DNA of 64,000 nucleotides from Eubacteriales bacterium (lineage in GTDB: Bacteria > Bacillota > Clostridia > Oscillospirales > CAG-272), in the NCBI GenBank assembly GCA_045655765.1, contig JAZOQA010000075.1, forward strand, positions 1,676 through 65,675, in the 5' to 3' direction. Every line of letters starts with the position of its first letter. The first letter of the stretch is position 1. The position numbers and the translations under genes were made by a program. Below, in pieces: positions 10,441 to 19,955 of this stretch. The notes under the pieces were generated by a model. That model was not told the DNA's origin, ran no database searches, and saw only the letters and a program-made list of their open reading frames with translations.

Positions 10441-10498
10441 ATATAGAAAAATGAGCATAAGATACATCTCGCAAGGGAGACGGTCCTACGCTCATTTT
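10441..10498 (-). terminator. Intrinsic terminator after rpmE
   Basis: On the minus strand, the AAAAUGAGCGUAGGA ... UAUCUUAUGCUCAUUUU stem (two G-U pairs) is followed by UCUAUAU. It starts 12 nt after the stop codon. Confidence 0.6.
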
Positions 10499-10509
10499 CG
10501 GTGCAATGA

Positions 10510-10719
10510 TTACTTGTTGTTTACCATTGCAAGACGCTTCTTGAACTTATCAACACGTCCGCCTGCGTCTACAAACTTCTGCTTACCGGTATAGAAAGGA
10601 TGGCACTTGGAGCAAATTTCAACGTTCATATCACCCTTTACGGAGTGAGTCTTAACAGTCTCGCCGCAAGCACATCTGATGGTAGCTTCTTTGTATTCGG
10701 GATGCAATCCTGCCTTCAT
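10510..10719 (-). CDS. rpmE: 50S ribosomal protein L31 (Zn-ribbon type A)
   Basis: MKAGLHPEY start, a CACG...[10 protein letters not shown] cysteine pattern, 69 aa. Confidence 0.97.
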   Translation of the reverse strand: MKAGLHPEYKEATIRCACGETVKTHSVKGDMNVEICSKCHPFYTGKQKFVDAGGRVDKFKKRLAMVNNK

Positions 10720-10807
10720 TTTAACACCTCACAATAATGATTAAATTTCAAATCTATTAGATTATAACACAAAAATAATCAATTTGCAATACTTTTTTTG
10801 AAAAAAT

Positions 10808-11527
10808 TCAAATTTTTTCTTCAATTTTCTTACGCAGACGAGCCATAATTTTCTTTTCAAGCCTTGAAATATAGCTCTGCGATATTCCAAGTGCATCTGC
10901 AACCTCCTTTTGCGTAAGCTCTTCCCTGCCACCGAGCCCGTATCGCATTTCAATGATTACACGCTCACGTGGAGTTAACTCCTCTACGGCGGCACAGAGG
11001 ATGCGTCTTTCCTCCTCCTCTTCCATATGCCTTGTCACAGTGTCGCTCTCGCCTCCGAGAATATCGGAGAGCAAAAGCTCGTTTCCGTCATAATCGACAC
11101 TCAAAGGCTCATCAAAGGAAATTTCCCTTTTCTTTGTGGCATTTTTTCTTATAAACATAAGAATTTCATTTTCTATGCATCTTGATGCATAAGTAGCGAG
11201 CTTTATGCTCTTTTCCACATTAAAGGTAGAAACCGCCTTCATAAGCCCGACGGTGCCGATAGAAATCAACTCCTCTATACCGACGCCGGTGTTTTCAAAT
11301 CTTTTTGCTATGTATACGACTAAGCGAAGATTTCTTTCAATTAGCAAGCATTTTGCCTCCTCTGATTCAATCCTCTCTATCGCCTCATCCTCTTCTGCTT
11401 CCGTAAGAGGCGGTGGGAGTATTTCGTTTCCGTTGATGTAATTTAAGGAGTTGTGTCGTGCGAAAAGAGTGAATATTTTAAATTTTATTTTAAAGTAAAA
11501 TTTTTTAAATTTACCTAACATCATCAA
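10808..11527 (-). CDS. sigE: Sporulation sigma factor SigE (pro-sigma-E)
   Basis: N-terminal basic/hydrophobic pro-sequence followed by YINGNEILPPPLT (the SpoIIGA-processed type). Sigma-70 region 2 RNLRLVVYIAKRF...DLISIGTVGL-like and region 4 TQKEVADALGISQSYISRLEKK. It overlaps the spoIIGA stop by 17 nt. Confidence 0.93.
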   Translation of the reverse strand: MMMLGKFKKFYFKIKFKIFTLFARHNSLNYINGNEILPPPLTEAEEDEAIERIESEEAKCLLIERNLRLVVYIAKRFENTGVGIEELISIGTVGLMKAVSTFNVEKSIKLATYASRCIENEILMFIRKNATKKREISFDEPLSVDYDGNELLLSDILGGESDTVTRHMEEEEERRILCAAVEELTPRERVIIEMRYGLGGREELTQKEVADALGISQSYISRLEKKIMARLRKKIEEKI

Positions 11528-12380
11528 GTGCGGCGGACGGGACGAGAATTTCGTATCCGCCGTATGTACCTCCCTCCGTGTCTATCGCAATCACAGCATT
11601 TATTGTATTTTTTTTACGTTTTCCGTTTTTTAGCGAAATGTTTACCGTATCAGGGCGTATTCCCACAAGTATTTTTCCGCCTCCGATGTTATGAACCGGT
11701 ATAAGACAGATGCGTTTTGCTATTCTCCCTTGCAAATTTTTCACATCCTCTACACTGTAAGGAATATCTGCAGACAGCTTGCTTGCAACCGACTTTTTTA
11801 GTAATATTACCGGAAGAAGACCTGACGGTTCCTTTAAGAGATTTCCCGTGTCAACCAAGCCGCACGCCTCAATGCAACCCTCAAAAAGTGTTATTTGCAC
11901 CTCGACCTGTCTTTCCGACTGAGTATGCGAAAACAGTGCGAGCAAAAGCTTAAAAACACCTATTGACAATAGTATAAGCACCGAAAGTATAAGCAGTCTT
12001 CTGTTAGGCTCATCGGACACTCGGTCATAAATAAACATATAAAGGTATTTATCCAAAAGACCGTAGCCGAACGTCACTATTCCACCGATCAGAATTTGAA
12101 AAACAAATAAGAGCACGGAGGTCTTCATACGTCTATAAAAGCCTGTGCCACGAGCGGCAAAGGTAAGAGATGAAGCGAAGTATATTCCCCCAAGAAGCAC
12201 CTCCGTAGCAAAATATCCTCCAAAAAGCACACCGGCAACAGACAAAAATGCTCCGAGACCTGAAATAAGGCAAAGCCTTACTACGCTCCCTTTAACCTTT
12301 GAAAGCGATGCTGCAAAATACAGTGCGAGCATATCAACCGTAAAATTGATTAAAAAATACACGTCAACGTAAAAAATCAA
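11511..12380 (-). CDS. spoIIGA: Sigma-E processing aspartic peptidase SpoIIGA
   Basis: Five N-terminal TM segments plus a C-terminal domain with the catalytic GLVDTGNLLKEP motif (DTGN). TTG start with GGGGGTG 8 nt upstream. It lies directly upstream of sigE. Confidence 0.9.
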   Translation of the reverse strand: MIFYVDVYFLINFTVDMLALYFAASLSKVKGSVVRLCLISGLGAFLSVAGVLFGGYFATEVLLGGIYFASSLTFAARGTGFYRRMKTSVLLFVFQILIGGIVTFGYGLLDKYLYMFIYDRVSDEPNRRLLILSVLILLSIGVFKLLLALFSHTQSERQVEVQITLFEGCIEACGLVDTGNLLKEPSGLLPVILLKKSVASKLSADIPYSVEDVKNLQGRIAKRICLIPVHNIGGGKILVGIRPDTVNISLKNGKRKKNTINAVIAIDTEGGTYGGYEILVPSAALDDVR

Positions 12381-12502
12381 AAAAAATCACCCCCGTGACG
12401 CTTATATTCTATCACGCAAGGGGCTATTATTTTGTCGCAAATTGACGGATGTGAATTTATTTTATAGCAAAAAATCAGGAACCGAACGCATTTAGAGATA
12501 GG

Positions 12503-12537
12503 CAAAAAAATATCCGAGGGACTTGTGGTCCCTCGGA
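12503..12537 (-). terminator. Intrinsic terminator after the Mrp/NBP35 gene
   Basis: 10-bp GC-rich stem TCCGAGGGAC / GTCCCTCGGA with a 5-nt loop. The minus strand is followed by UAUUUUUUU. Confidence 0.8.
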
Positions 12538-12544
12538 CAAAAAA

Positions 12545-13366
12545 TTATTTAAAAAATTCCTCGATTTTGTCCGCCGCACGCTCTGTGTAGTCACCCTCAA
12601 AAAGCTCGATTACGCCCTTGTCGCAAAGAGATGCAAGACTTGGGTCTATCGGAAGCTTTGCAAGAACGCTCGTTTCATAAGATGCGGCAAGCTCTTCGAT
12701 TTTGCTCTCGCCGTAAGGTCTTATAACCTTACCGCAATCGGGGCAAACAAGGTAGCTGTAATTTTCCACAAGGCCAAGAACCTTGACGTCCATCATCTTC
12801 GCCATATTTACAGCCTTTTCCACAATCATAGAAACAAGCTCCTGGGGGCTTGTGACAATCACAATGCCGTCAAGGGGAAGGCTTTGGAACACAGTGAGCG
12901 GAACGTCACCCGTTCCCGGAGGCATATCGACGAACATATAGTCTACATCGTTCCAAACGACGTCAGACCAAAATTGCTTTACTGTGCCTGCAATTACAGG
13001 GCCGCGCCAAACAACGGGCTTAGTCTCCTCATCAACAAGCAAATTAAGGCTCATAACCTCTATGCCCGTTTTGGTCATAGGAGGAAACATTCCAAGCTCC
13101 GAGCCTGTAACCGAGCCGGGCTGTAAGCCGAACGCCTTGGGTATCGAGGGACCTGTTATATCAGCATCGAGAATAGCCGCCTTATAGCCACGGCGTTGCA
13201 TAGTTACGGCAAGCATAGACGTCACCAAGGATTTGCCAACGCCACCCTTACCGCTCACAACTCCGATAACCCGCTTTACGTTGCTTGCCTTGTTTTGAGG
13301 AGCGAGCAACGATTCCTTTGAACATTTTTGACTGCAATTAGCACAGTCGTGTGAACATTCTGCCAT
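12545..13366 (-). CDS. Mrp/NBP35/ApbC family Fe-S cluster carrier ATPase
   Basis: Deviant Walker A VSGKGGVGKS, a CPDCG motif, and a Cys-rich N-terminus CSHDCANCSQKCS. Confidence 0.88.
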   Translation of the reverse strand: MAECSHDCANCSQKCSKESLLAPQNKASNVKRVIGVVSGKGGVGKSLVTSMLAVTMQRRGYKAAILDADITGPSIPKAFGLQPGSVTGSELGMFPPMTKTGIEVMSLNLLVDEETKPVVWRGPVIAGTVKQFWSDVVWNDVDYMFVDMPPGTGDVPLTVFQSLPLDGIVIVTSPQELVSMIVEKAVNMAKMMDVKVLGLVENYSYLVCPDCGKVIRPYGESKIEELAASYETSVLAKLPIDPSLASLCDKGVIELFEGDYTERAADKIEEFFK

Positions 13367-13394
13367 ACTTTTTATACCTTCTTTGTGTTTTTTG

Positions 13395-15695
13395 TCAAAT
13401 TGTCGAGAGCTTCAACTCGTTTTCTTTTACGCTGATTGCAACACCGCTCACTCCCGTTTCGGCGGAGTCGATTATAATTTCAGCGAGCTTATCCTCAACG
13501 TGCTTTTCTATAAAGCGACGCATATTTCTCGCACCGAATTTTTCGGAGTAGGCTTCCTTTGCGATAAACGAAAGAACCTCGTCGTCAAAGACCAGCTTAA
13601 TGCCCTTTTCAGAAAGGTGGTCACGAAGCTTATCAAGCATAATTTTTGCAATTTTTGCAAAATCACTCTTATCAAGATGACGGAACGCTATAATCTCGTC
13701 AATTCGGTTGATGAACTCGGGTCGCAGAAAAGTCGCCAAAGCCTTGTTGACACGCTCCTTTGACAGAGATTCCCTGTTTTCTGCAAATCCGGAAATTGAA
13801 TTTGAAGACTCACTGCCCGCATTTGTAGTCATTATTATAATGGTGTTTTCAAAATTCACTTGACGTCCTTGAGCATCTGTGATTTTTCCGTCATCAAGCA
13901 CTTGAAGAAGAATGTTAAGCACATCGGGGTGTGCCTTTTCAATCTCATCAAACAAAACAACGGAATACGGGCGTCTGCGTATTTTTTCCGTGAGCTGACC
14001 CGCCTCATCGTAGCCGACGTAGCCGGGAGGAGCTCCTACGATACGGGATACCGAGTGCTTTTCCATAAACTCGGACATATCGAGCCTTATAAGAGCCTCA
14101 GGCTGCTTAAAGAGGTCCTCGGAGAGCACCTTTACAAGCTCGGTCTTTCCAACACCCGTAGGACCCGCGAAAATCATAGAAACGGGATTTCTTCTGTACG
14201 AAACGCCCGAGCGCTTACGCTTTACAGCTCTTACGACGGCATTTACAGCTTCATCTTGACCTATGATTCTTGCTCCGATACGCTCGGCAAGTCCCTTAAG
14301 CTCGCCAACCTCACCTACGGAAAGCTCCGAGGCGGGAATTCCCGTCCAAATCTCAATAACCTTTAAAAGGTCATTTGTATCAAGCTCAAGGGTACGAACA
14401 GTCTCGTTTATCTCCTCCTGCCTTTTTTCAATATTAAGTTTTTCAACCTTTAAATCGGCAAGACGCTTATAATTCTCCTCGGTCTGACCCTCCGGCTTTT
14501 CAACAGCCGCCTCTGCCGCTTCCATTGAGGACTTGAGAGAGAGAAGACGCTTTTCGTTTCTCCTCGCCTCGTTAATCTCGGGAGATGAGAGTGCTTTTTT
14601 CGCCGCCGCCTCATCTATCAGGTCTATTGCCTTGTCGGGAAGAAATCTGTCGGTTATATATCGTTCGGACAAAATAGCGGCAAGCCTTGCAACAGAATCG
14701 TTGATTTTAATTCCGTGATAATCCTCGTAATAGGACTTGATGCCTCTGATTATTTCAACCGTTTCTTCAACCGACGGCTCGTCCACCTTTACGGGCTGGA
14801 ATCTGCGTTCGAGGGCACTGTCCTTTTCGATGTGCTTACGGTATTCCTTTAAGGTTGTTGCACCGATTACACGAATTTCTCCACGGGAAAGTGCAGGCTT
14901 CAAAAGATTTGCGGCACTCATACTGCCGTCGGAGGTTTCACCCGCTCCTGCGATATTGTGGACCTCGTCTATCATCAAAATGATGTTCCGTGCCGCCTTT
15001 ATTTCCTTTAAAAGTGCAAGAATCCTCGATTCAAACTGACCTCTGAACTGTGTTCCCGCAACAAGCGACGTAAGGTCAAGAAGCCAAATCTCGTGCCCGA
15101 TAAGCGACTCGGGAACTCTGCCCTCGACTATGCGGACGGCAAGCTCCTCGGCAATAGCGGTCTTTCCGACACCCGGCTCTCCTATAAGACAGGGGTTGTT
15201 TTTCTGTCTTCTTGAAAGAATTTGTATAACTCTGTCTATCTCTCTGTCTCTGCCGACGATTCGGTCAATCTTGCCCTCTTCGGCACGGCGGTTGAGATTA
15301 GTACAGTAGGTGTTTAGATTTTTCTTTTTAGGGTCTTCCTGCTTTTCAGTCCCCTTTTCGGTCTTTCCTTTTCGGGGTCTATCCTGTCCCATACCGAACA
15401 GCTCACCGAGATTAAGGGTCGGAATGTGTCCCTCGACAGGTGCGTCCGCATTTGCGACCGAATCGGGCAGATTCTGACCGATGGACTCCATCAGTCCGTC
15501 GATTTCCTCGGAAATATTTCCGATTTCCTCATCGCTCATACCCATATTTTTTAGCATATCGTTTACAGGCTTGATGCCAAGCTCCGACGCACAGACAAGG
15601 CAAATTCCCTCGCCTATTTTCTTTTCGTTTTCGATGCGAGTTATAAACACCATTGCAGGTCTTTTCTTACATCTTGCACATATTTGCATTTTCAT
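13395..15695 (-). CDS. Two-ring Clp/Hsp100 AAA+ ATPase (ClpC/ClpA-like) with an N-terminal 4-Cys ribbon instead of Clp-N repeats
   Basis: D1 Walker A GEPGVGKTAIAEELA and D2 Walker A GPTGVGKTELVKVLS, with a short coiled-coil linker between the rings. The N-terminus is CARCKK...CLVCASELG. Confidence 0.85.
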   Translation of the reverse strand: MKMQICARCKKRPAMVFITRIENEKKIGEGICLVCASELGIKPVNDMLKNMGMSDEEIGNISEEIDGLMESIGQNLPDSVANADAPVEGHIPTLNLGELFGMGQDRPRKGKTEKGTEKQEDPKKKNLNTYCTNLNRRAEEGKIDRIVGRDREIDRVIQILSRRQKNNPCLIGEPGVGKTAIAEELAVRIVEGRVPESLIGHEIWLLDLTSLVAGTQFRGQFESRILALLKEIKAARNIILMIDEVHNIAGAGETSDGSMSAANLLKPALSRGEIRVIGATTLKEYRKHIEKDSALERRFQPVKVDEPSVEETVEIIRGIKSYYEDYHGIKINDSVARLAAILSERYITDRFLPDKAIDLIDEAAAKKALSSPEINEARRNEKRLLSLKSSMEAAEAAVEKPEGQTEENYKRLADLKVEKLNIEKRQEEINETVRTLELDTNDLLKVIEIWTGIPASELSVGEVGELKGLAERIGARIIGQDEAVNAVVRAVKRKRSGVSYRRNPVSMIFAGPTGVGKTELVKVLSEDLFKQPEALIRLDMSEFMEKHSVSRIVGAPPGYVGYDEAGQLTEKIRRRPYSVVLFDEIEKAHPDVLNILLQVLDDGKITDAQGRQVNFENTIIIMTTNAGSESSNSISGFAENRESLSKERVNKALATFLRPEFINRIDEIIAFRHLDKSDFAKIAKIMLDKLRDHLSEKGIKLVFDDEVLSFIAKEAYSEKFGARNMRRFIEKHVEDKLAEIIIDSAETGVSGVAISVKENELKLSTI

Positions 15696-15727
15696 TTATA
15701 AATTTTCGCCTTTTTATTGCCTTTTTA

Positions 15728-16381
15728 TTAAAATAATGCCGACCATATATTCGACATAAGCTTGAAAACAGGTCCTCCTGTAAATTCGTTAAGGAAGCCC
15801 ACGTCCTCAAACAACAAAATAGAATTACAGAATCCGAACAGACTTGAAAGAAGCAGTGCAAGAACAAAGCCGAGCAAAAGACCGACAACAGCACCCAAGT
15901 ACCTTGAAACAGTCTTCAAGCCGTCAATCTTAAAAATCAGATTGAGGCAACCGAAGCCAAGTCCGAGCAAAAGCTTTCCAAAAATAAGAACTACAAAAAA
16001 CGTGAGTATTACCGAAAGCATTGTCGCAGCGGGTGCAACAAGATCAGCCGCAACGGCATCTGCTCCCGATGCAAGCTTCTCCTCCGTCACGCCCATAAGT
16101 CTGTAAAAGATAGGAATCCCTCCCTCGCCCGTACAACGCTCTGCTATATAATCCGCCGCCTTGTCCATAAGGGGTCCCTCGATAAGAGGAAGCACGAGCT
16201 TTGAGGAAAGGGAGACAGCGGCAAGAGTGGCAAGCACAAAGGACGAAAGCCATTTCAAGGGTTTTTCAACCACTTTAATGATTCCGAATATAGATCCGTA
16301 TGCTAAGCCGCCGCCAATTATTAAGAGAATTATCAAATCAACAATCAAATTAATTACGGTTGTTTCGTTCATATAAGTCAC
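15728..16381 (-). CDS. CvpA-like integral membrane protein
   Basis: 217 aa with four or five hydrophobic helices. The N-terminus VINLIVDLIILLIIGGGLAYG resembles CvpA family starts. This is a weak call based on composition and topology. Confidence 0.5.
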   Translation of the reverse strand: MTYMNETTVINLIVDLIILLIIGGGLAYGSIFGIIKVVEKPLKWLSSFVLATLAAVSLSSKLVLPLIEGPLMDKAADYIAERCTGEGGIPIFYRLMGVTEEKLASGADAVAADLVAPAATMLSVILTFFVVLIFGKLLLGLGFGCLNLIFKIDGLKTVSRYLGAVVGLLLGFVLALLLSSLFGFCNSILLFEDVGFLNEFTGGPVFKLMSNIWSALF

Positions 16382-16469
16382 GTCTTCCTTTCAAAACGCT
16401 TTCTGCGAAAGTATTATACAACATTTAAATTATAAAGTCAAGTAAATATATTTAAACAAATTATAACCG

Positions 16470-19400
16470 TCATTTTTTGACATTTTCTTCACCGAATATA
16501 TCATTAAGACGGGATATAACCTTTTCGTTTAATGCGACTGTGAGGTTGCGTATCGCCTGATATTTTCCGCTGCTCATATCGTAAAAGACCACCGCTACGT
16601 GTCCGGGATTGAGTGTTGAAATTCTGACCACCGAGCTAATCCTCGAATCATTCATATTTGGAACTCTTATGAATATACGCTCCCTCTTCGGCTCTTCTTT
16701 CTTTTCGGAATACTCAGAGTCGGACAAAAGCGGCTTTGCAAATTCAAGGAGAATTTTTGCATCCTCTCCGTCCTCTGCCTGTGCCTGTCCCTCAATTATA
16801 ACCGCACTGTCCTCGTCGAGCATAGCGGAAAAGTTGCGATAATTTTTGGCAAAAACTATTACCTCAATCTCACTGAACTTGTCGTCAAGGGTCAAAAACG
16901 CCATTGTGTCACCGTTTTTGGTTATTTTAGTTCTTTTTGAGGTGATAATGCCTGCAAGACGAACGGGCGAACGGTCCTTGTATCTTGTCGGAGAGGTATT
17001 GTTCTCGTCCAAATCCGCTATTATATCAGCACTTTTATCTGTTTGGAGAGCTTTTACGTGCTTTGAATAATGGTCGAGCATATGACCCGAGAAATACATT
17101 CCCGCGCTCTCCCGCTCCAAGAGCAGAAGCTCACGGAACGAAAACTCCCGAACGTCAGGATATTCGTAGGCAGTTTTGATTTGACCCTCACCCGAATCAA
17201 GGGAAAAGAAATCAATTTGTCCTGTGACGTTGTTTTTCGCTCTGTCGTGCTCAGAATCAAGAATGGACTCATAGCACCGTATAAGCGCACTCCTCGGCAC
17301 GCCGAGGGAGTCGAAAACGCCGCATTTGATGAACGATTCGACTGTGCGTCGGTTCAAATCCTTGCCCGCCATTCTCGTAACGAACTCATCAAAGGACGTA
17401 AACGGTCCCGATTCCCTTTCACGCATTACAGCCTCGGTGAAAACACGGCCCACGTTTTTGATTGCCAGAAGTCCGAATCGAATGCTTCCGTCCGTTACGG
17501 AAAAATCCGAGCAGCTTTTATTTATATCCGGCGGTAAAACGCTTACACCGAATTTTTGAGCGTCGGCAATATATTCACGCAGCTTTGAGGTGCTGTCAAG
17601 GACGCTTGTAAGAAGTGCGGCAAAATACTCCGCAGGATAATGCGCCTTTAGATACGCCGTTCTGTAAGAAATAACACCGTAAGCAGTAGCGTGGCTCTTA
17701 TTGAACGCATATTTTGCAAAGCCGACCATCTCCTCAAATATTTTTTCCGCAACCTCACGTTCTATTCCGTGCTCGGAGCAACCAAGGACAAAATCCTCTC
17801 GCTCGGCTTGCATTGCTCCCGTTTTTTTCTTCGACATAGCACGTCTAACTATATCTGCACGGGCATACGAATATCCTGCAAGAAGCCTGCATATTTGCAT
17901 AACCTGCTCCTGATACACTATACAGCCATAGGTTACGTCAAGGATTTCCTTTAGCTTTTCCGTAGAATATACAGTCTTCTCCCTGCCGTGCTTGCGGGCT
18001 ATAAAGGTGTCGATGGAATCCATCGGTCCCGGTCTATAAAGTGCAATACAGGCTATTACGTCCTCAAGCGTTGATGGAGCAAGCTTTGTAAGCACCTGCT
18101 TCATACCGCCCGATTCAAGCTGGAATACACCGTCCGTCCTTGCCTCACAAAGCAAGCGAAACGTTTCAGGGTCGTCAAGCGGAAGCGAGCAAACGTCGAA
18201 ATCAGGCTCTTTTTTGCGTATTGCGACCTCTGTATCGTGTATTACGGTAAGATAACGCAGTCCTAAAAAGTCAAACTTTACAAGTCCGAGGTCTGCATCG
18301 GTGTTCATATCGAATTGGGTTACGACGCCCGTTCCGCTATATGAAAGAGGCACGTATTCGTAGGTCGGCTTTTCGGTTATAACAACGCCCGCTGCGTGAG
18401 TTGAGGCGTGGCGCGGCATTCCCTCAAGTGAGCGGCTTAAATCAATAAGACGTGCCGCATCTCTGTCCTTTGTATAAACCTCACGCAAATCCTTTGTATT
18501 CAAAGCACAATCAAGCGTGACGGAGAGGTCACGGGGGATAAGCTTTGCTATAAAATCCACTCTGTTATAAGGCATTCCGAGTGCCCGTCCTACGTCTCTT
18601 ACAGCCGCCCTCGGTGCAAGAGTACCGAAGGTGACGATTTGCGCAACTCGGTCCTCTCCGTACTTGCGTTTTACGTATTCTATAACCTCCTCACGGCGGT
18701 TGTAGCAAAAATCTATATCAAAATCCGGCATTGAGATACGCTCGGGATTCAAAAATCTCTCAAAAAGCAAATCAAATGCCAAGGGGTCTACGTCGGTGAT
18801 TCCTATACAAAAGGCAACCAGGCTGCCCGCACCCGAGCCTCTGCCGGGTCCTACGGGTATATCGCTTCTTTTTGCAAAGGCAACGAAATCGCTGACTATC
18901 AGGAAATAGGCATTAAAGCCCATCGTGTCAATTACTGAAAGCTCGTATTCAATGCGGGCACGGTATTCCTCTTTGGTGTGGCGTTTAAAATCAAAGCGTC
19001 CCGCAAGGCTCCGCTCCTCGAAGCCTGCGTATGCATCGGCACGCAGCTTTTCCTTGTGAGAAAGCCCGCCCTCGGGCTTAAAATCGGGCAGATGAAGCTT
19101 GTTGAATTCAAAATCGAAATTGCACTTCTCTGCTATTTTTACAGTATTTTCACAAGCTCCCTCAAAGGAAGAAAACAATACGTTCATTTCCTCGGTGGTT
19201 TTGAAATAAAACTCATCGGTTTCAAAGCCGAGAGGTCTGCCGTCCGTGATTACGTTCCCCGTCTGAATACACATCAAAGTAGCTTGCATTTGTGCATCGG
19301 AGCGATTGAGATAGTGAACGTCGTTGGTTGCAACCATAGGAATTTGCAGCTTCTTTGACAGGAGCTTTATTCCGTAGGCAACCTTACGCTCGTCATCAAG

Positions 19401-19934
19401 GTTGTGGTTTTGCACCTCGAGATAAAAATCGTCGCCGAATATGGCTTTCATTTCAAGAGCGGCCGCCTCCGCCTCCTGCATACTTCCCGCAAGAATGAGG
19501 CGAGGAATTTTGCCCGCAACACAGCCCGAAAGTGCAACAAGCCCCTCCGAATGCTCACGTATAAGCTCCATATCCACTCTCGGTCTTGCATAAAAGCCGT
19601 CAATGAAGCTTTTTGAAACCATATAACAAAGGTTTTTATAGCCTATTTCATTTTTACAAAGCAAAATCAAATGGTTTCCCGAGGAATCAACACGCCCCTC
19701 CTTTTGCAGTCTTGACCTTGCGGCAACGTATACCTCACAGCCGATTATTGGCTTGATGCCCTTTTTCTTTAGAGAATTATAAAATTCGACCGCACCGTAC
19801 ATTACGCCGTGGTCGGTTATTGCAACCGCACCTTGACCGCACTCGAGAGCCTTGTCTGCGATTGTGGAAATCTTGGTGGCTCCGTCGAGCAGGCTATATT
19901 CGGTATGAAGGTGTAAATGCACAAAATCAGCCAT
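16470..19934 (-). CDS. dnaE: DNA polymerase III alpha subunit (DnaE-type)
   Basis: PHP domain FVHLHLHTEYSLLDG, palm PDFDIDF, an OB fold near the C-terminus, 1154 aa. Confidence 0.97.
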   Translation of the reverse strand: MADFVHLHLHTEYSLLDGATKISTIADKALECGQGAVAITDHGVMYGAVEFYNSLKKKGIKPIIGCEVYVAARSRLQKEGRVDSSGNHLILLCKNEIGYKNLCYMVSKSFIDGFYARPRVDMELIREHSEGLVALSGCVAGKIPRLILAGSMQEAEAAALEMKAIFGDDFYLEVQNHNLDDERKVAYGIKLLSKKLQIPMVATNDVHYLNRSDAQMQATLMCIQTGNVITDGRPLGFETDEFYFKTTEEMNVLFSSFEGACENTVKIAEKCNFDFEFNKLHLPDFKPEGGLSHKEKLRADAYAGFEERSLAGRFDFKRHTKEEYRARIEYELSVIDTMGFNAYFLIVSDFVAFAKRSDIPVGPGRGSGAGSLVAFCIGITDVDPLAFDLLFERFLNPERISMPDFDIDFCYNRREEVIEYVKRKYGEDRVAQIVTFGTLAPRAAVRDVGRALGMPYNRVDFIAKLIPRDLSVTLDCALNTKDLREVYTKDRDAARLIDLSRSLEGMPRHASTHAAGVVITEKPTYEYVPLSYSGTGVVTQFDMNTDADLGLVKFDFLGLRYLTVIHDTEVAIRKKEPDFDVCSLPLDDPETFRLLCEARTDGVFQLESGGMKQVLTKLAPSTLEDVIACIALYRPGPMDSIDTFIARKHGREKTVYSTEKLKEILDVTYGCIVYQEQVMQICRLLAGYSYARADIVRRAMSKKKTGAMQAEREDFVLGCSEHGIEREVAEKIFEEMVGFAKYAFNKSHATAYGVISYRTAYLKAHYPAEYFAALLTSVLDSTSKLREYIADAQKFGVSVLPPDINKSCSDFSVTDGSIRFGLLAIKNVGRVFTEAVMRERESGPFTSFDEFVTRMAGKDLNRRTVESFIKCGVFDSLGVPRSALIRCYESILDSEHDRAKNNVTGQIDFFSLDSGEGQIKTAYEYPDVREFSFRELLLLERESAGMYFSGHMLDHYSKHVKALQTDKSADIIADLDENNTSPTRYKDRSPVRLAGIITSKRTKITKNGDTMAFLTLDDKFSEIEVIVFAKNYRNFSAMLDEDSAVIIEGQAQAEDGEDAKILLEFAKPLLSDSEYSEKKEEPKRERIFIRVPNMNDSRISSVVRISTLNPGHVAVVFYDMSSGKYQAIRNLTVALNEKVISRLNDIFGEENVKK

Positions 19935-19955
19935 ATCGCAAGGCTCCTTTCATAA

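Noticed and set aside
10720-10807. Expected sigG immediately downstream of sigE
   Set aside because: It is not present. sigE is followed by an 88-bp spacer and rpmE. I recorded this as a synteny difference only, with no sequence feature to report.
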